Shown here: piece after piece, positions 18,618 to 28,803 of the stretch
How positions within the stretch are numbered: position 1 is the stretch's first letter
Layout: each line of letters starts with the position of its first letter
Source of the DNA: Bacillus subtilis subsp. subtilis str. 168
GTDB lineage: Bacteria; Bacillota; Bacilli; Bacillales; Bacillaceae
NCBI RefSeq assembly: GCF_000009045.1
Contig: NC_000964.3
Coordinates: forward strand, 3,224,001-3,288,000
Length of the DNA stretch: 64,000 nt
Reading direction: 5' to 3'
The notes under the pieces: model-generated
Database searches by the model: none
The model's input: the letters and a program-made list of their open reading frames with translations, nothing else
What the model was told of the DNA's origin: nothing
Translations under genes and position numbers: made by a program

Positions 18618-19656
18618 ACGACTCTCTCATTTACTCGTGCCGCTCATCGCAATCATACTTGGTCTTGCGGCCGGCGCGTTGATTATGCTTGTGAGCGGCT
18701 ACAGTGTGGCTAGCGGATATTCGGCTTTGTGGAATGGGATATTCGGAGAAATCTATTATGTCGGAGAAACAATCCGGCAAATTACGCCTTATATTTTATC
18801 CGGATTGGCTGTCGCCTTTGCATTCCGAACCGGACTCTTTAATATCGGCGTCGAGGGACAGCTGCTCGTCGGCTGGACAGCAGCGGTTTGGGTCGGTACG
18901 GCGTTTGACGGACCGGCATATATTCACTTGCCGCTCGCATTGATTACAGCGGCAGCTGCAGGAGGATTATGGGGGTTTATTCCCGGCATTTTGAAAGCGC
19001 GATTTTACGTTCATGAAGTCATTGTCACCATTATGATGAATTATATCGCGCTGCACATGACCAATTACATCATTTCAAACGTCTTGACAGATCATCAGGA
19101 CAAGACGGGGAAAATTCACGAATCCGCCTCCCTCCGCTCTCCTTTTCTTGAACAGATCACCGATTACTCACGGCTGCATTTGGGAATCATCGTTGCCCTT
19201 CTCGCAGCAGTTATCATGTGGTTTATCATCAACAAATCTACAAAAGGATTTGAGCTCCGGGCGGTCGGGTTTAACCAGCACGCTTCCCAGTATGCCGGCA
19301 TGAGCGTGCGGAAGAATATCATGACCTCCATGCTTATCTCCGGCGCTTTTGCAGGTCTTGCCGGAGCCATGGAGGGCCTAGGGACATTCGAATACGCAGC
19401 AGTGAAAGGCGCATTTACCGGCGTAGGCTTTGACGGTATCGCTGTCGCTCTTCTCGGGGGAAACACAGCCGTAGGCGTTGTACTGGCAGCATGCCTGCTT
19501 GGCGGGCTGAAAATCGGCGCATTAAATATGCCGATTGAATCAGGCGTTCCATCAGAGGTCGTTGATATTGTGATTGCCATTATTATTCTATTTGTGGCTT
19601 CAAGCTATGCGATTCGTTTCGTCATGGGCAAATTGAAGAAAAAGGGGGCGAACTAA
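18610..19656 (+). CDS. nupP: Nucleoside ABC transporter permease
   Basis: Hydrophobic, with GLFNIGVEGQ motif. Overlaps the nupO stop. Confidence 0.93.
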   Translation: MVKRLSHLLVPLIAIILGLAAGALIMLVSGYSVASGYSALWNGIFGEIYYVGETIRQITPYILSGLAVAFAFRTGLFNIGVEGQLLVGWTAAVWVGTAFDGPAYIHLPLALITAAAAGGLWGFIPGILKARFYVHEVIVTIMMNYIALHMTNYIISNVLTDHQDKTGKIHESASLRSPFLEQITDYSRLHLGIIVALLAAVIMWFIINKSTKGFELRAVGFNQHASQYAGMSVRKNIMTSMLISGAFAGLAGAMEGLGTFEYAAVKGAFTGVGFDGIAVALLGGNTAVGVVLAACLLGGLKIGALNMPIESGVPSEVVDIVIAIIILFVASSYAIRFVMGKLKKKGAN

Positions 19657-20616
19657 GTGGACATTGTGCAGATTTTATCTATCATTGTCCCTGCCACACT
19701 CGTCTATGCGGCCCCGCTTATTTTAACTGCTCTCGGCGGCGTGTTTTCCGAGAGATCAGGTGTGGTGAATATCGGCCTAGAAGGCCTCATGATTATCGGG
19801 GCGTTCACCAGCGTGTTATTTAATTTATTTTTTGGTCAGGAATTAGGTGCCGCCGCACCTTGGCTTTCGCTCCTTGCCGCCATGGCAGCAGGCGCCCTGT
19901 TTTCACTGATTCACGCGGCAGCGGCGATTTCGTTTCGCGCCGACCAGACAGTCAGCGGTGTCGCCATTAACATGCTGGCGCTTGGGGCAACTTTATTTAT
20001 CGTCAAACTGATCTACGGCAAAGCGCAGACAGACAAAATTCCAGAGCCTTTTTATAAGACGAAAATCCCCGGTTTGGGCGATATTCCCGTCTTGGGAAAG
20101 ATCTTCTTTTCGGATGTCTATTATACGTCTATTCTTGCAATAGCACTTGCCTTTATTTCCTGGTTTATCTTGTTCAAAACGCCGTTCGGCCTTCGTATCC
20201 GTTCTGTCGGCGAGCATCCGATGGCGGCCGATACGATGGGAATCAACGTATATAAAATGCGCTACATCGGCGTGATGATCAGCGGATTGTTCGGCGGTCT
20301 CGGCGGCGGCGTATATGCCTCCACAATTGCGCTTGATTTCACGCACTCTACCATCTCCGGGCAAGGTTTTATCGCCCTGGCAGCGCTTGTATTCGGAAAA
20401 TGGCATCCGATCGGAGCACTGGGGGCCGCCCTGTTTTTCGGATTCGCCCAAAGCTTAAGCATCATTGGATCGCTGCTCCCTCTTTTTAAAGACATACCAA
20501 ATGTGTATATGCTGATGGCTCCTTATATCTTAACGATTCTCGCTTTAACCGGCTTTATCGGGCGGGCAGATGCGCCAAAAGCCAATGGCGTGCCTTATAT
20601 TAAAGGAAAAAGATAA
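19657..20616 (+). CDS. nupQ: Nucleoside ABC transporter permease
   Basis: SERSGVVNIGLEG motif. GTG start abutting nupP. Confidence 0.93.
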   Translation: MDIVQILSIIVPATLVYAAPLILTALGGVFSERSGVVNIGLEGLMIIGAFTSVLFNLFFGQELGAAAPWLSLLAAMAAGALFSLIHAAAAISFRADQTVSGVAINMLALGATLFIVKLIYGKAQTDKIPEPFYKTKIPGLGDIPVLGKIFFSDVYYTSILAIALAFISWFILFKTPFGLRIRSVGEHPMAADTMGINVYKMRYIGVMISGLFGGLGGGVYASTIALDFTHSTISGQGFIALAALVFGKWHPIGALGAALFFGFAQSLSIIGSLLPLFKDIPNVYMLMAPYILTILALTGFIGRADAPKANGVPYIKGKR

Positions 20617-20769
20617 ACATTCTCCCCTGGGAAGACGATTCTCAGGGATTTTTTTCTAATCCAAAAGACCCCCTTAATTTAATTGTTTATTAGTTTTTTA
20701 ACTTAAAAAAATATGAAGTGTTAACGCTTTCTTGTAGACTGTAACAAACAATACATGGGGGTGTATGAC

Positions 20770-22116
20770 ATGGGAGCAATTCCAAAAACGGGGACAATTT
20801 CACCTGAGCAAAAAGACTCACAGGAGAAAAACCTGTTTCAAAAAATTTGGTCTTGGGAAATCGGTGTGATTCCTTTGCCATTATACACAGTATTAGCTGT
20901 TATTATTATTCTTGCAGCATATTACAATGAGCTGCCGGCAAATATGCTTGGCGGGTTTGCCATCATTATGATTCTTGGTGTGTTTCTCGGAGACATAGGC
21001 CAACGCATACCGATATTGAAGGATATTGGCGGCCCTGCTATTTTATCTTTGTTTGTTCCTTCATTTTTAGTCTTTTACAATGTACTGAATTCAACATCTT
21101 TAGACGCTGTAACCAACTTGATGAAAACGTCTAACTTCCTTTATTTCTATATCGCTTGCCTTGTTGTGGGAAGTATCCTCGGTATGAACAGAATTGTTTT
21201 AATACAGGGGTTTATCAGAATGTTCGTTCCACTGGTTGCAGGAACGATCGCGGCCGTTGCAGCCGGCATCCTTGTCGGATTTATTTTTGGCTATAGTGCC
21301 TATGATTCCTTTTTCTTTGTTGTTGTCCCGATTATTGCCGGGGGAATAGGTGAAGGGATTTTGCCGCTTTCAATCGCCTATTCACAAATACTGGGCTCAT
21401 CCGCCGATGTATTTGTGTCTCAGCTGGTGCCAGCCGCAATTATAGGAAACGTTTTTGCTATCATATGTGCAGCCTTAATGAAAAAGCTTGGCGACAAGCG
21501 TCCAGATCTAAATGGGAACGGACGTCTCGTAAAATCTAAAAAAGCAAATGAGATTTTCAATCAAAAAGAAGCCGAAGCAAAAATTGATTTTAAACTAATG
21601 GGAGCAGGAGTTCTGCTCGCGTGTACATTCTTTATTTTTGGCGGGTTATTGGAGAAATTCATCTTCATCCCGGGCGCGATCTTAATGATTATTTCAGCTG
21701 CGGCTGTCAAGTATGCAAATATTCTTCCGAAAAAAATGGAAGAAGGCGCTTACCAGCTTTATAAGTTTATTTCTTCAAGCTTTACATGGCCGCTGATGGT
21801 CGGTCTCGGCATCCTCTTTATTCCGTTGGATGACGTAGCGTCTGTGATTTCTATACCGTTTGTCATCATCTGTATTTCAGTTGTTATCGCGATGATTGGT
21901 TCTGGATATTTCGTAGGCAAGCTGATGAACATGTATCCGGTTGAATCCGCAATCGTTACCTGCTGCCACAGCGGTCTCGGCGGAACGGGTGATGTTGCCA
22001 TTTTATCGGCATCAGGAAGAATGGGCCTTATGCCGTTTGCCCAAATTTCAACCCGTCTCGGCGGTGCAGGCACAGTTATTTGCGCGACAGTGCTGCTTCG
22101 TTTTTTCACTTCATAA
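20770..22116 (+). CDS. maeN: 2-hydroxycarboxylate transporter, Na+/malate symporter, 448 aa
   Basis: 2HCT motifs GGGIGEGILPL, GLGGTGDVAIL and QISTRLGG. Known MalR target. Confidence 0.93.
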   Translation: MGAIPKTGTISPEQKDSQEKNLFQKIWSWEIGVIPLPLYTVLAVIIILAAYYNELPANMLGGFAIIMILGVFLGDIGQRIPILKDIGGPAILSLFVPSFLVFYNVLNSTSLDAVTNLMKTSNFLYFYIACLVVGSILGMNRIVLIQGFIRMFVPLVAGTIAAVAAGILVGFIFGYSAYDSFFFVVVPIIAGGIGEGILPLSIAYSQILGSSADVFVSQLVPAAIIGNVFAIICAALMKKLGDKRPDLNGNGRLVKSKKANEIFNQKEAEAKIDFKLMGAGVLLACTFFIFGGLLEKFIFIPGAILMIISAAAVKYANILPKKMEEGAYQLYKFISSSFTWPLMVGLGILFIPLDDVASVISIPFVIICISVVIAMIGSGYFVGKLMNMYPVESAIVTCCHSGLGGTGDVAILSASGRMGLMPFAQISTRLGGAGTVICATVLLRFFTS

Positions 22117-22120
22117 ACAG

Positions 22121-22153
22121 AAAGAGTTCCGTTTTATGCGGAACTCTTTTTTT
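22121..22153. terminator. Bidirectional terminator between maeN and yufS
   Basis: Stem AAAGAGTTCCG / CGGAACTCTTT followed by a T run. Confidence 0.8.
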
Positions 22154-22367
22154 ATTTATTCACAATCCGAATATACTCTCGGGGACCAAACGGCAGATCC
22201 TTTGATTCCGTCTCACTCATTCTGGCTGACAGGTGGTGCTCCAGTAAATACAGCTCCCACTCATCACAAGCCGCCACACCGCTGCGCCCGTCATATTGAT
22301 TCAACATGAATGCCCCTGCAAATACTGAGCAGAATAAACCTGAGCACATCACGACTTTTGTTTTCAC
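22152..22367 (-). CDS. yufS: Small protein with an N-terminal hydrophobic segment, 71 aa
   Basis: GTG start with SD AAAGGAG. Sequence MKTKVVMCSGLFCSVFAGAFML. Confidence 0.75.
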   Translation of the reverse strand: MKTKVVMCSGLFCSVFAGAFMLNQYDGRSGVAACDEWELYLLEHHLSARMSETESKDLPFGPREYIRIVNK

Positions 22368-22597
22368 ATGACCAGCTCCTTTCCTTCAGCTTGATCAGGA
22401 TTGATTTTAAATATACAAATAACCTCTTTTTTGTTAGACTTATTTTGAGGTCAAAAGAACTCATAAAAATCCATTACAGCAGTTCGAAGCGTGGCAGCTT
22501 GCAGAAAAGTGCGATATAATTTGGACTAGGTCGTTTGACCGTATATTTTATACATAGCGCATTTTTCAATTGAGAACGAGAAAAGGAGGTCTTATCT

Positions 22598-25003
22598 TTG
22601 CAGCTCTTACATCTTGCTATTTTATCGCCTTTTTTATTTGCTTTTATCATTCCCTTCTTGGCAAAATACGCAAAAAGAGTGCATACGGGCTGGTTTGTGT
22701 TGATCCTGCCCGTCTTGCTGTTTATATACTTTCTCCCAATGATCAGGATGACGCAATCTGGAGAAACACTTCGATCGGTATTAGAGTGGATTCCGTCACT
22801 CGGCATTAACTTTACCGTTTATATAGACGGCCTCGGGTTATTATTCGCTTTACTGATCACAGGCATTGGCTCTTTGGTCACTCTTTACAGCATTTTTTAT
22901 TTATCGAAAGAAAAAGAACAGCTTGGGCCCTTTTATGTCTACTTATTGATGTTCATGGGCGCCATGCTCGGCGTCGTTCTAGTAGACAATGTCATGGTTC
23001 TCTACATGTTCTGGGAGCTTACAAGCCTTTCATCCTTTTTGCTGATCGGCTATTGGTATAAGCGGGAAAAGTCGCGCTATGGCGCAGCCAAATCACTTTT
23101 GATTACGGTCAGCGGCGGGCTGTGCATGCTCGGCGGATTTATTCTCCTTTATTTGATAACGGATTCCTTCAGTATTCGAGAGATGGTTCACCAGGTTCAA
23201 TTAATTGCCGGCCACGAATTGTTTATCCCGGCTATGATTCTCATTTTATTAGGGGCTTTTACGAAATCGGCGCAATTTCCTTTTTACATCTGGCTCCCTG
23301 ACGCGATGGAAGCTCCGACGCCTGTCAGCGCTTATCTCCATTCAGCTACTATGGTAAAAGCCGGCATTTATGTGATTGCGAGATTCAGTCCTATTTTCGC
23401 CTTTTCAGCTCAGTGGTTTTGGATCGTGTCCCTCGTCGGCCTCTTTACGATGGTTTGGGGTTCATTCCATGCCGTGAAACAAACTGATTTAAAATCGATT
23501 TTGGCGTTTTCAACCGTCAGCCAGCTCGGCATGATCATCTCCATGCTCGGAGTCAGTGCTGCGGCCCTTCATTACGGACATACAGAATATTATACAGTTG
23601 CCGCTATGGCTGCCATTTTCCATTTGATCAACCACGCAACCTTTAAAGGAAGCTTGTTTATGGCAGTCGGGATTATCGATCACGAAACAGGCACACGGGA
23701 TATCCGGAAGCTAGGCGGCCTGATGGCGATTATGCCGATTACTTTTACCATTTCCTTAATCGGGACATTTTCAATGGCCGGCCTACCGCCGTTTAACGGA
23801 TTTTTGAGTAAAGAAATGTTTTTCACAAGCATGCTTCGCGTGACACATTTTGACCTGTTCAACGTGCAGACATGGGGCGTTCTGTTCCCTCTTTTCGCCT
23901 GGATCGGAAGTGTATTTACGTTTATCTACAGCATGAAATTGCTGTTTAAAACATTCAGAGGAAATTACCAGCCTGAACAGCTTGAAAAACAGGCTCACGA
24001 AGCGCCTGTCGGTATGCTCGTTCCACCGGTCATTCTTGTCGCTTTGGCTGTCAGTCTCTTCTTTTTCCCGAATATATTGTCGTACAGCCTGATAGAGCCT
24101 GCGATGAACTCAATCTATCCGACACTGCTTGACGGCCATGAGAAATTCCACGTTCACATTTCACAGTGGCATGGGGTTACAACGGAATTGCTCATGACTG
24201 CGGGTATTGTTGTGATCGGAACAATTGGTTATTTGTCGCTGAATAAGTGGAAAGGAATCTATAAACTGTTTCCTTCGAAACTCACACTCAACCGGTTATA
24301 CGATAAGCTTTTGACTATGATGGAGAAAGGCTCTTACCGGGTCACAAAACAATATATGACCGGGTTTTTAAGAGATTATTTGCTGTATATCTTCGCTGGT
24401 TTCATCATTCTGATAGGCGGAGCTTTTGCCATTAAAGGCGGATTTTCATTTAAAACGGAAGGCATGGCTAAAATCGGTGTATACGAAATCATTTTGACGC
24501 TTGTCATGATCAGCGCCACAGTGGCGACTGTTTTTGCTAGGTCAAGACTGACGGCGATCATTGCACTCGGTGTTGTCGGTTATACGCTTGCATTGTTTTT
24601 TGTCATTTTCAGAGCGCCGGACTTGGCATTGACTCAGCTCGTCATTGAAACGATTTCTGTGGCACTGTTTCTGCTTTGCTTCTACCATTTGCCGAAACTG
24701 AGGCTGAAAACAAAAACGAGAACGTTCCGGATGACGAATTTTATCATTTCTTTAGGCGTCGGTGTTATCGTTACACTGCTCGGCATCGCATCCTCAAGCC
24801 AGCGGACAAAAGACAGCATTGCGTCCTTCTTTGTCAAACACAGCCACGATCTCGGCGGAGGGGATAATGTCGTCAATGTCATTCTCGTTGATTTCAGGGG
24901 ATTTGATACAATGTTTGAAATTACGGTATTAACGATAGCCGCTCTCGGCATTTACAGCATGATTAAAACAAAAGTAAAAGAGGAGGGGAAAAGCGGTGAA
25001 TGA
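22598..25003 (+). CDS. mrpA: Mrp Na+/H+ antiporter subunit A
   Basis: NuoL-like motifs FWELT, KSAQFPF.WLPDAMEAPTPVSAYLHSATMVKAG. TTG start with SD AAGGAGG. Confidence 0.96.
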   Translation: MQLLHLAILSPFLFAFIIPFLAKYAKRVHTGWFVLILPVLLFIYFLPMIRMTQSGETLRSVLEWIPSLGINFTVYIDGLGLLFALLITGIGSLVTLYSIFYLSKEKEQLGPFYVYLLMFMGAMLGVVLVDNVMVLYMFWELTSLSSFLLIGYWYKREKSRYGAAKSLLITVSGGLCMLGGFILLYLITDSFSIREMVHQVQLIAGHELFIPAMILILLGAFTKSAQFPFYIWLPDAMEAPTPVSAYLHSATMVKAGIYVIARFSPIFAFSAQWFWIVSLVGLFTMVWGSFHAVKQTDLKSILAFSTVSQLGMIISMLGVSAAALHYGHTEYYTVAAMAAIFHLINHATFKGSLFMAVGIIDHETGTRDIRKLGGLMAIMPITFTISLIGTFSMAGLPPFNGFLSKEMFFTSMLRVTHFDLFNVQTWGVLFPLFAWIGSVFTFIYSMKLLFKTFRGNYQPEQLEKQAHEAPVGMLVPPVILVALAVSLFFFPNILSYSLIEPAMNSIYPTLLDGHEKFHVHISQWHGVTTELLMTAGIVVIGTIGYLSLNKWKGIYKLFPSKLTLNRLYDKLLTMMEKGSYRVTKQYMTGFLRDYLLYIFAGFIILIGGAFAIKGGFSFKTEGMAKIGVYEIILTLVMISATVATVFARSRLTAIIALGVVGYTLALFFVIFRAPDLALTQLVIETISVALFLLCFYHLPKLRLKTKTRTFRMTNFIISLGVGVIVTLLGIASSSQRTKDSIASFFVKHSHDLGGGDNVVNVILVDFRGFDTMFEITVLTIAALGIYSMIKTKVKEEGKSGE

Positions 25004-25427
25004 ACAAAAAACAAATGACTTGATTCTTCAAACCGCGACAAAGCTTGTATCCTTTATCATTTTGCTTTTCTCTTTCTATTTATTTTTATCAGGGCATAAC
25101 GCGCCCGGAGGAGGCTTTGTCGGCGGACTGATCACGTCCTCTTCCATCGTTCTCTTGCTCTTGGCATATGATTTAAAAACCGTGCGTTCCCTTTTGCCTG
25201 TCAATTTCATTTATGTCGCGGGAGCCGGCCTTCTGCTCGCTGTATTAACAGGCGTTGGCTCCTTTGTCTTCGGGGCTCCTTTTTTAACCCACACATTCGG
25301 ATACTTTCAGCTGCCGATCCTTGGGAAAACGGAGCTCGCCACAGCGACGATATTTGATTTAGGCGTTTATCTTGTTGTCGTAGGCATAACGATGACCATT
25401 ATTCAAACGATTGGAGAGGAAGAATAA
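24996..25427 (+). CDS. mrpB: Mrp antiporter subunit B
   Basis: GHNAPGGGFVGG motif. Overlaps mrpA. Confidence 0.95.
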   Translation: MNEQKTNDLILQTATKLVSFIILLFSFYLFLSGHNAPGGGFVGGLITSSSIVLLLLAYDLKTVRSLLPVNFIYVAGAGLLLAVLTGVGSFVFGAPFLTHTFGYFQLPILGKTELATATIFDLGVYLVVVGITMTIIQTIGEEE

Positions 25428-25768
25428 TGGAAATCTTAATGGCTGTATTAGCCGGTATTATTTTTATGGCTGCTACGTATTTGCTGCTGTCTAAAAGCCT
25501 GCTTCGCGTCATTATCGGAACAGCACTGTTAAGCCATGGCGTTCATTTAATGCTTTTGACTATGGGAGGATTAAAGAAAGGCGCCGCTCCGATTTTGAGC
25601 GAGCATGCCAAATCATTTGTCGATCCGCTTCCGCAAGCCCTGATTTTGACCGCAATTGTCATTTCTTTTGGCGTTACGTCATTCATCCTCGTCATGGCCT
25701 TTCGCGCTTATCAGGAATTGAAATCGGACGATATGGATCAAATGAGGGGAAATGATCAACATGAATAA
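25427..25768 (+). CDS. mrpC: Mrp antiporter subunit C
   Basis: DPLPQALILTAIVI motif. Confidence 0.95.
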   Translation: MEILMAVLAGIIFMAATYLLLSKSLLRVIIGTALLSHGVHLMLLTMGGLKKGAAPILSEHAKSFVDPLPQALILTAIVISFGVTSFILVMAFRAYQELKSDDMDQMRGNDQHE

Positions 25769-27242
25769 TTTTGTTATTTTGCCAATCCTGATCCCGCTTT
25801 TGTCGGCTATTCTTCTGATTTTCATGACGAAGAATCTTATGCTCATGAGAATCTTCAGCACGGCGGCATCGGCCATCGGGATTGTGATTAGCGGCATACT
25901 TGTACAGACTGTCTTCACAAAAGGCATCCAGACACTCAGCCTAGGCGGATGGAAAGCGCCGTACGGCATTGTGCTTGCCGCAGACCAATTCGCCAGCCTT
26001 CTCGTTCTCACAACAGCGATCATCGGTTTATTGGTTGGGCTTTATTCCTTCCGTTCTGTCGGTGAAAAACGGGAGCGCTCCTTTTACTACTCCGGCGTTC
26101 AGTTCTTGCTTGCCGGCGTCAGCGGAGCGTTTTTAACAGGCGATTTATTTAATATGTACGTATTTTTTGAGCTTCTGCTTATTGCTTCCTATATGCTGAT
26201 TGTATTAGGCGGCACAAAAATTCAGCTGCGGGAATCCCTTAAATATATTGTGTTTAATATTGTATCGTCTGCCCTGTTTGTCATAGGGGTCGGCTTTTTA
26301 TACGCTGTAACCGGTACGTTAAACATGGCGGATCTTAGCGTGAAAATCAGCGAATCAGGACAAACCGGGCTGATCACTGTGATTGGTGTCCTGCTGCTTT
26401 TGGTATTTGGCATGAAGGGCGGAATCTTCCCCCTCTACTTTTGGCTTCCAGGCTCTTATTACGCGCCACCGGCGGCAATCTCCGCGTTGTTCGGCGCTTT
26501 GCTGACAAAAGTCGGGTTATATGCGATTACGAGGGTTTTCACATTGATTTTTATTCACGATACAGCCTTTACCCATCAGTTGATGATTTGGCTGGCGGCG
26601 CTGACTGTGATTTTTGGTGTGATCGGTTCACTCGCTTATTCGAATGTCATGAAAATTGTGATCTATAACATTATTACCGCTGTCGGCGTGATTTTGTTCG
26701 GTGTGGCAGTACACACCCCCGCATCCATTCAGGGCGCGATCTACTATCTGATTCACGATATGCTGATTAAGGGCGCTTTGTTCATGCTGGCAGGTACGCT
26801 GATCGCATTGACTGGAACCGCGAGCCTGCATAAAATGGGCGGGCTGATCAAACGCTATCCTGTTCTTGGATGGATGTTTTTCATTTCCGCTATTTCTCTT
26901 GCAGGCATTCCGCCACTGAGCGGATTTGTCGGCAAATTTAAAATTGCAGAGGGCGGCTTCGCAGAAGGTGAATTTACGATATCCATGCTGATTCTGCTTT
27001 CGAGTCTGCTTGTACTGTACTCTGTGCTGAGGATCTTTATACATGCGTTTTGGGGCGAAGAAAAAGAAACGCCAAAACCAAATCATCGAACAGCTAAAGG
27101 ACTTCTTTATCCGGCAGCTATTTTTCTCTTGCTGTCCCTTCTCTTCGGATTGGGTACAGAATGGGTGTCGCCTTACGTTGATCAAGCGGCCGAGACGCTG
27201 CTGAATCCGGAAAAATATATCGAAGCTGTTCTGAAGGAGTAG
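25761..27242 (+). CDS. mrpD: Mrp antiporter subunit D, 493 aa
   Basis: Motifs GDLFNMYVFFE, KGGIFPLYFWLP, GIPPLSGFVGK. Confidence 0.95.
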   Translation: MNNFVILPILIPLLSAILLIFMTKNLMLMRIFSTAASAIGIVISGILVQTVFTKGIQTLSLGGWKAPYGIVLAADQFASLLVLTTAIIGLLVGLYSFRSVGEKRERSFYYSGVQFLLAGVSGAFLTGDLFNMYVFFELLLIASYMLIVLGGTKIQLRESLKYIVFNIVSSALFVIGVGFLYAVTGTLNMADLSVKISESGQTGLITVIGVLLLLVFGMKGGIFPLYFWLPGSYYAPPAAISALFGALLTKVGLYAITRVFTLIFIHDTAFTHQLMIWLAALTVIFGVIGSLAYSNVMKIVIYNIITAVGVILFGVAVHTPASIQGAIYYLIHDMLIKGALFMLAGTLIALTGTASLHKMGGLIKRYPVLGWMFFISAISLAGIPPLSGFVGKFKIAEGGFAEGEFTISMLILLSSLLVLYSVLRIFIHAFWGEEKETPKPNHRTAKGLLYPAAIFLLLSLLFGLGTEWVSPYVDQAAETLLNPEKYIEAVLKE

Positions 27243-27247
27243 ATCGC

Positions 27248-27724
27248 ATGGCATTTCAAATTTTATTAAATGTGTTTCTCGCTTTTTGCTGGATGTTCTT
27301 AAGCAACAGTCCAAGCGCCGCAGGATTCATTACAGGCTATATTCTGGGAATGCTCTCTCTCTTTTTCTTCCGGCGCTTTTTCACTCGCCAGTTTTATCTA
27401 TGGAAATTGATTTCTATTATCAAGCTCTGTTTCATTTTTATAAAGGAACTGTACCTTGCCAATGTCAGTGTGATGAAATCAGTCTTATCTCCAAAACTGA
27501 ATATCAGACCGGGTATTTTTGCTTTTAAAACTGAACTGACGAAGGACTGGGAAATCACCATGCTTTCTCTGCTCATTACATTAACGCCGGGAACCTTGGT
27601 GATGGATATTTCAGATGACAGAACAATACTTTATATTCATGCAATGGATATCGAGGATGCGGAAAAAGCGATTTTTGACATTCGGGAGTCATTTGAAAAA
27701 GCCATACAGGAGGTGAGCCGGTGA
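27248..27724 (+). CDS. mrpE: Mrp antiporter subunit E
   Basis: ITLTPGT motif. Confidence 0.94.
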   Translation: MAFQILLNVFLAFCWMFLSNSPSAAGFITGYILGMLSLFFFRRFFTRQFYLWKLISIIKLCFIFIKELYLANVSVMKSVLSPKLNIRPGIFAFKTELTKDWEITMLSLLITLTPGTLVMDISDDRTILYIHAMDIEDAEKAIFDIRESFEKAIQEVSR

Positions 27725-28008
27725 TGTTTACGCTGATCCTGCAAATCGCGCTCGGCATTATGGCAGTGTCTACCTTTTTGTATGTCATTCGTGTCATTAA
27801 AGGTCCGACTGTGCCTGACCGGGTCGTGGCTCTGGATGCAATCGGCATCAATCTGATCGCAATCACGGCGCTTGTCTCCATTTTGCTGAAAACAAGTGCG
27901 TTTTTGGATATTATTTTGTTGCTGGGGATTTTATCGTTTATCGGAACGATCGCATTTTCCAAGTTCCTGGAGAAAGGAGAGATTATCGAAAATGATCGAA
28001 ACCGCTAA
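27724..28008 (+). CDS. mrpF: Mrp antiporter subunit F (start ATG 27724 or GTG 27721)
   Basis: [12 protein letters not shown] motif. Confidence 0.94.
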
Positions 28009-28366
28009 GGTCGTTGTGGCTGTATTCATTTTGCTGGGTGCTCTTATATGCCTCATTGCTTCATTTGGCGTACTTCGCCTTCCCGATGTGTTTACACGCG
28101 CTCATGCTGCTTCTAAAGGCTCAACATTAGGTGTCAATATGATTCTGCTCGGTGTCTTCTTCTATTTGTGGTTTGTGACGGGGGAGCTCTCCGCTAAAAT
28201 CCTGCTTGGGATTCTCTTTATCTTTATTACGTCGCCTATCGGCGGGCACTTGATCTGCCGTGCTGCGTATAACTCCGGCGTCAAGCTTGATGAGAGAAGT
28301 GTGCAAGATGACTATAACGGAATCAGAAACTTTGTGATTAAACGAAAAGAGGATTCTTATTTATAA
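27992..28366 (+). CDS. mrpG: Mrp antiporter subunit G, 124 aa
   Basis: [14 protein letters not shown] motif. SD AAAGGAG. Confidence 0.94.
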
Positions 28367-28407
28367 AAATAAGCAGCCGGACAGGCAGAGTTCCGGCTGT
28401 TTTTTTA
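28367..28407. terminator. Bidirectional terminator between mrpG and yuxO
   Basis: Stem GCAGCCGGA / TCCGGCTGT with flanking A and T runs. Confidence 0.75.
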
Positions 28408-28785
28408 TTTCTTGATGACAGCCAGCGTGCATCTGGATATACAGATCAGCCTCTCTTGCTCGTCATATATGTGAATATGATAGACAATCGTCGTTCTGCC
28501 TATATGAACGGGCTCGGCTATCGCCTTTACCGTTCCTTCCTTTACAGATTTTAAATGGTTGGCGTTAATCTCCAAACCAACACAAGCTTGCGTTGTATGA
28601 TCAATCAGGTTCTGTGCACCTGCGCTCGCCGCGGTTTCCGCCAGGGCCACTGAAGCGCCTCCATGCAAATATCCGAACGGCTGTACCGTCCGATGATCCA
28701 CCGGCATGACCGCAACGCATCGTTCCGCTGTGTTTTCAACAATCTCAATACCAAGCGCTTCAAGCAATGTGTGCTTCATATCCAT
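28405..28785 (-). CDS. yuxO: Hotdog-fold (PaaI/EntH/MenI-like) thioesterase, 126 aa
   Basis: QPFGYLHGGASVALAET motif. SD GGGGGG. Confidence 0.9.
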   Translation of the reverse strand: MDMKHTLLEALGIEIVENTAERCVAVMPVDHRTVQPFGYLHGGASVALAETAASAGAQNLIDHTTQACVGLEINANHLKSVKEGTVKAIAEPVHIGRTTIVYHIHIYDEQERLICISRCTLAVIKK

Positions 28786-28803
28786 CTCTACACCCCCCAA
28801 CAT

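Noticed and set aside
26628-27314. 228-aa antisense ORF over mrpD, and similar antisense or alternate-frame ORFs in nupOPQ, maeN, mrpA and pncB
   Set aside because: Shadow ORFs caused by codon bias of the real genes. No SD or protein motifs.
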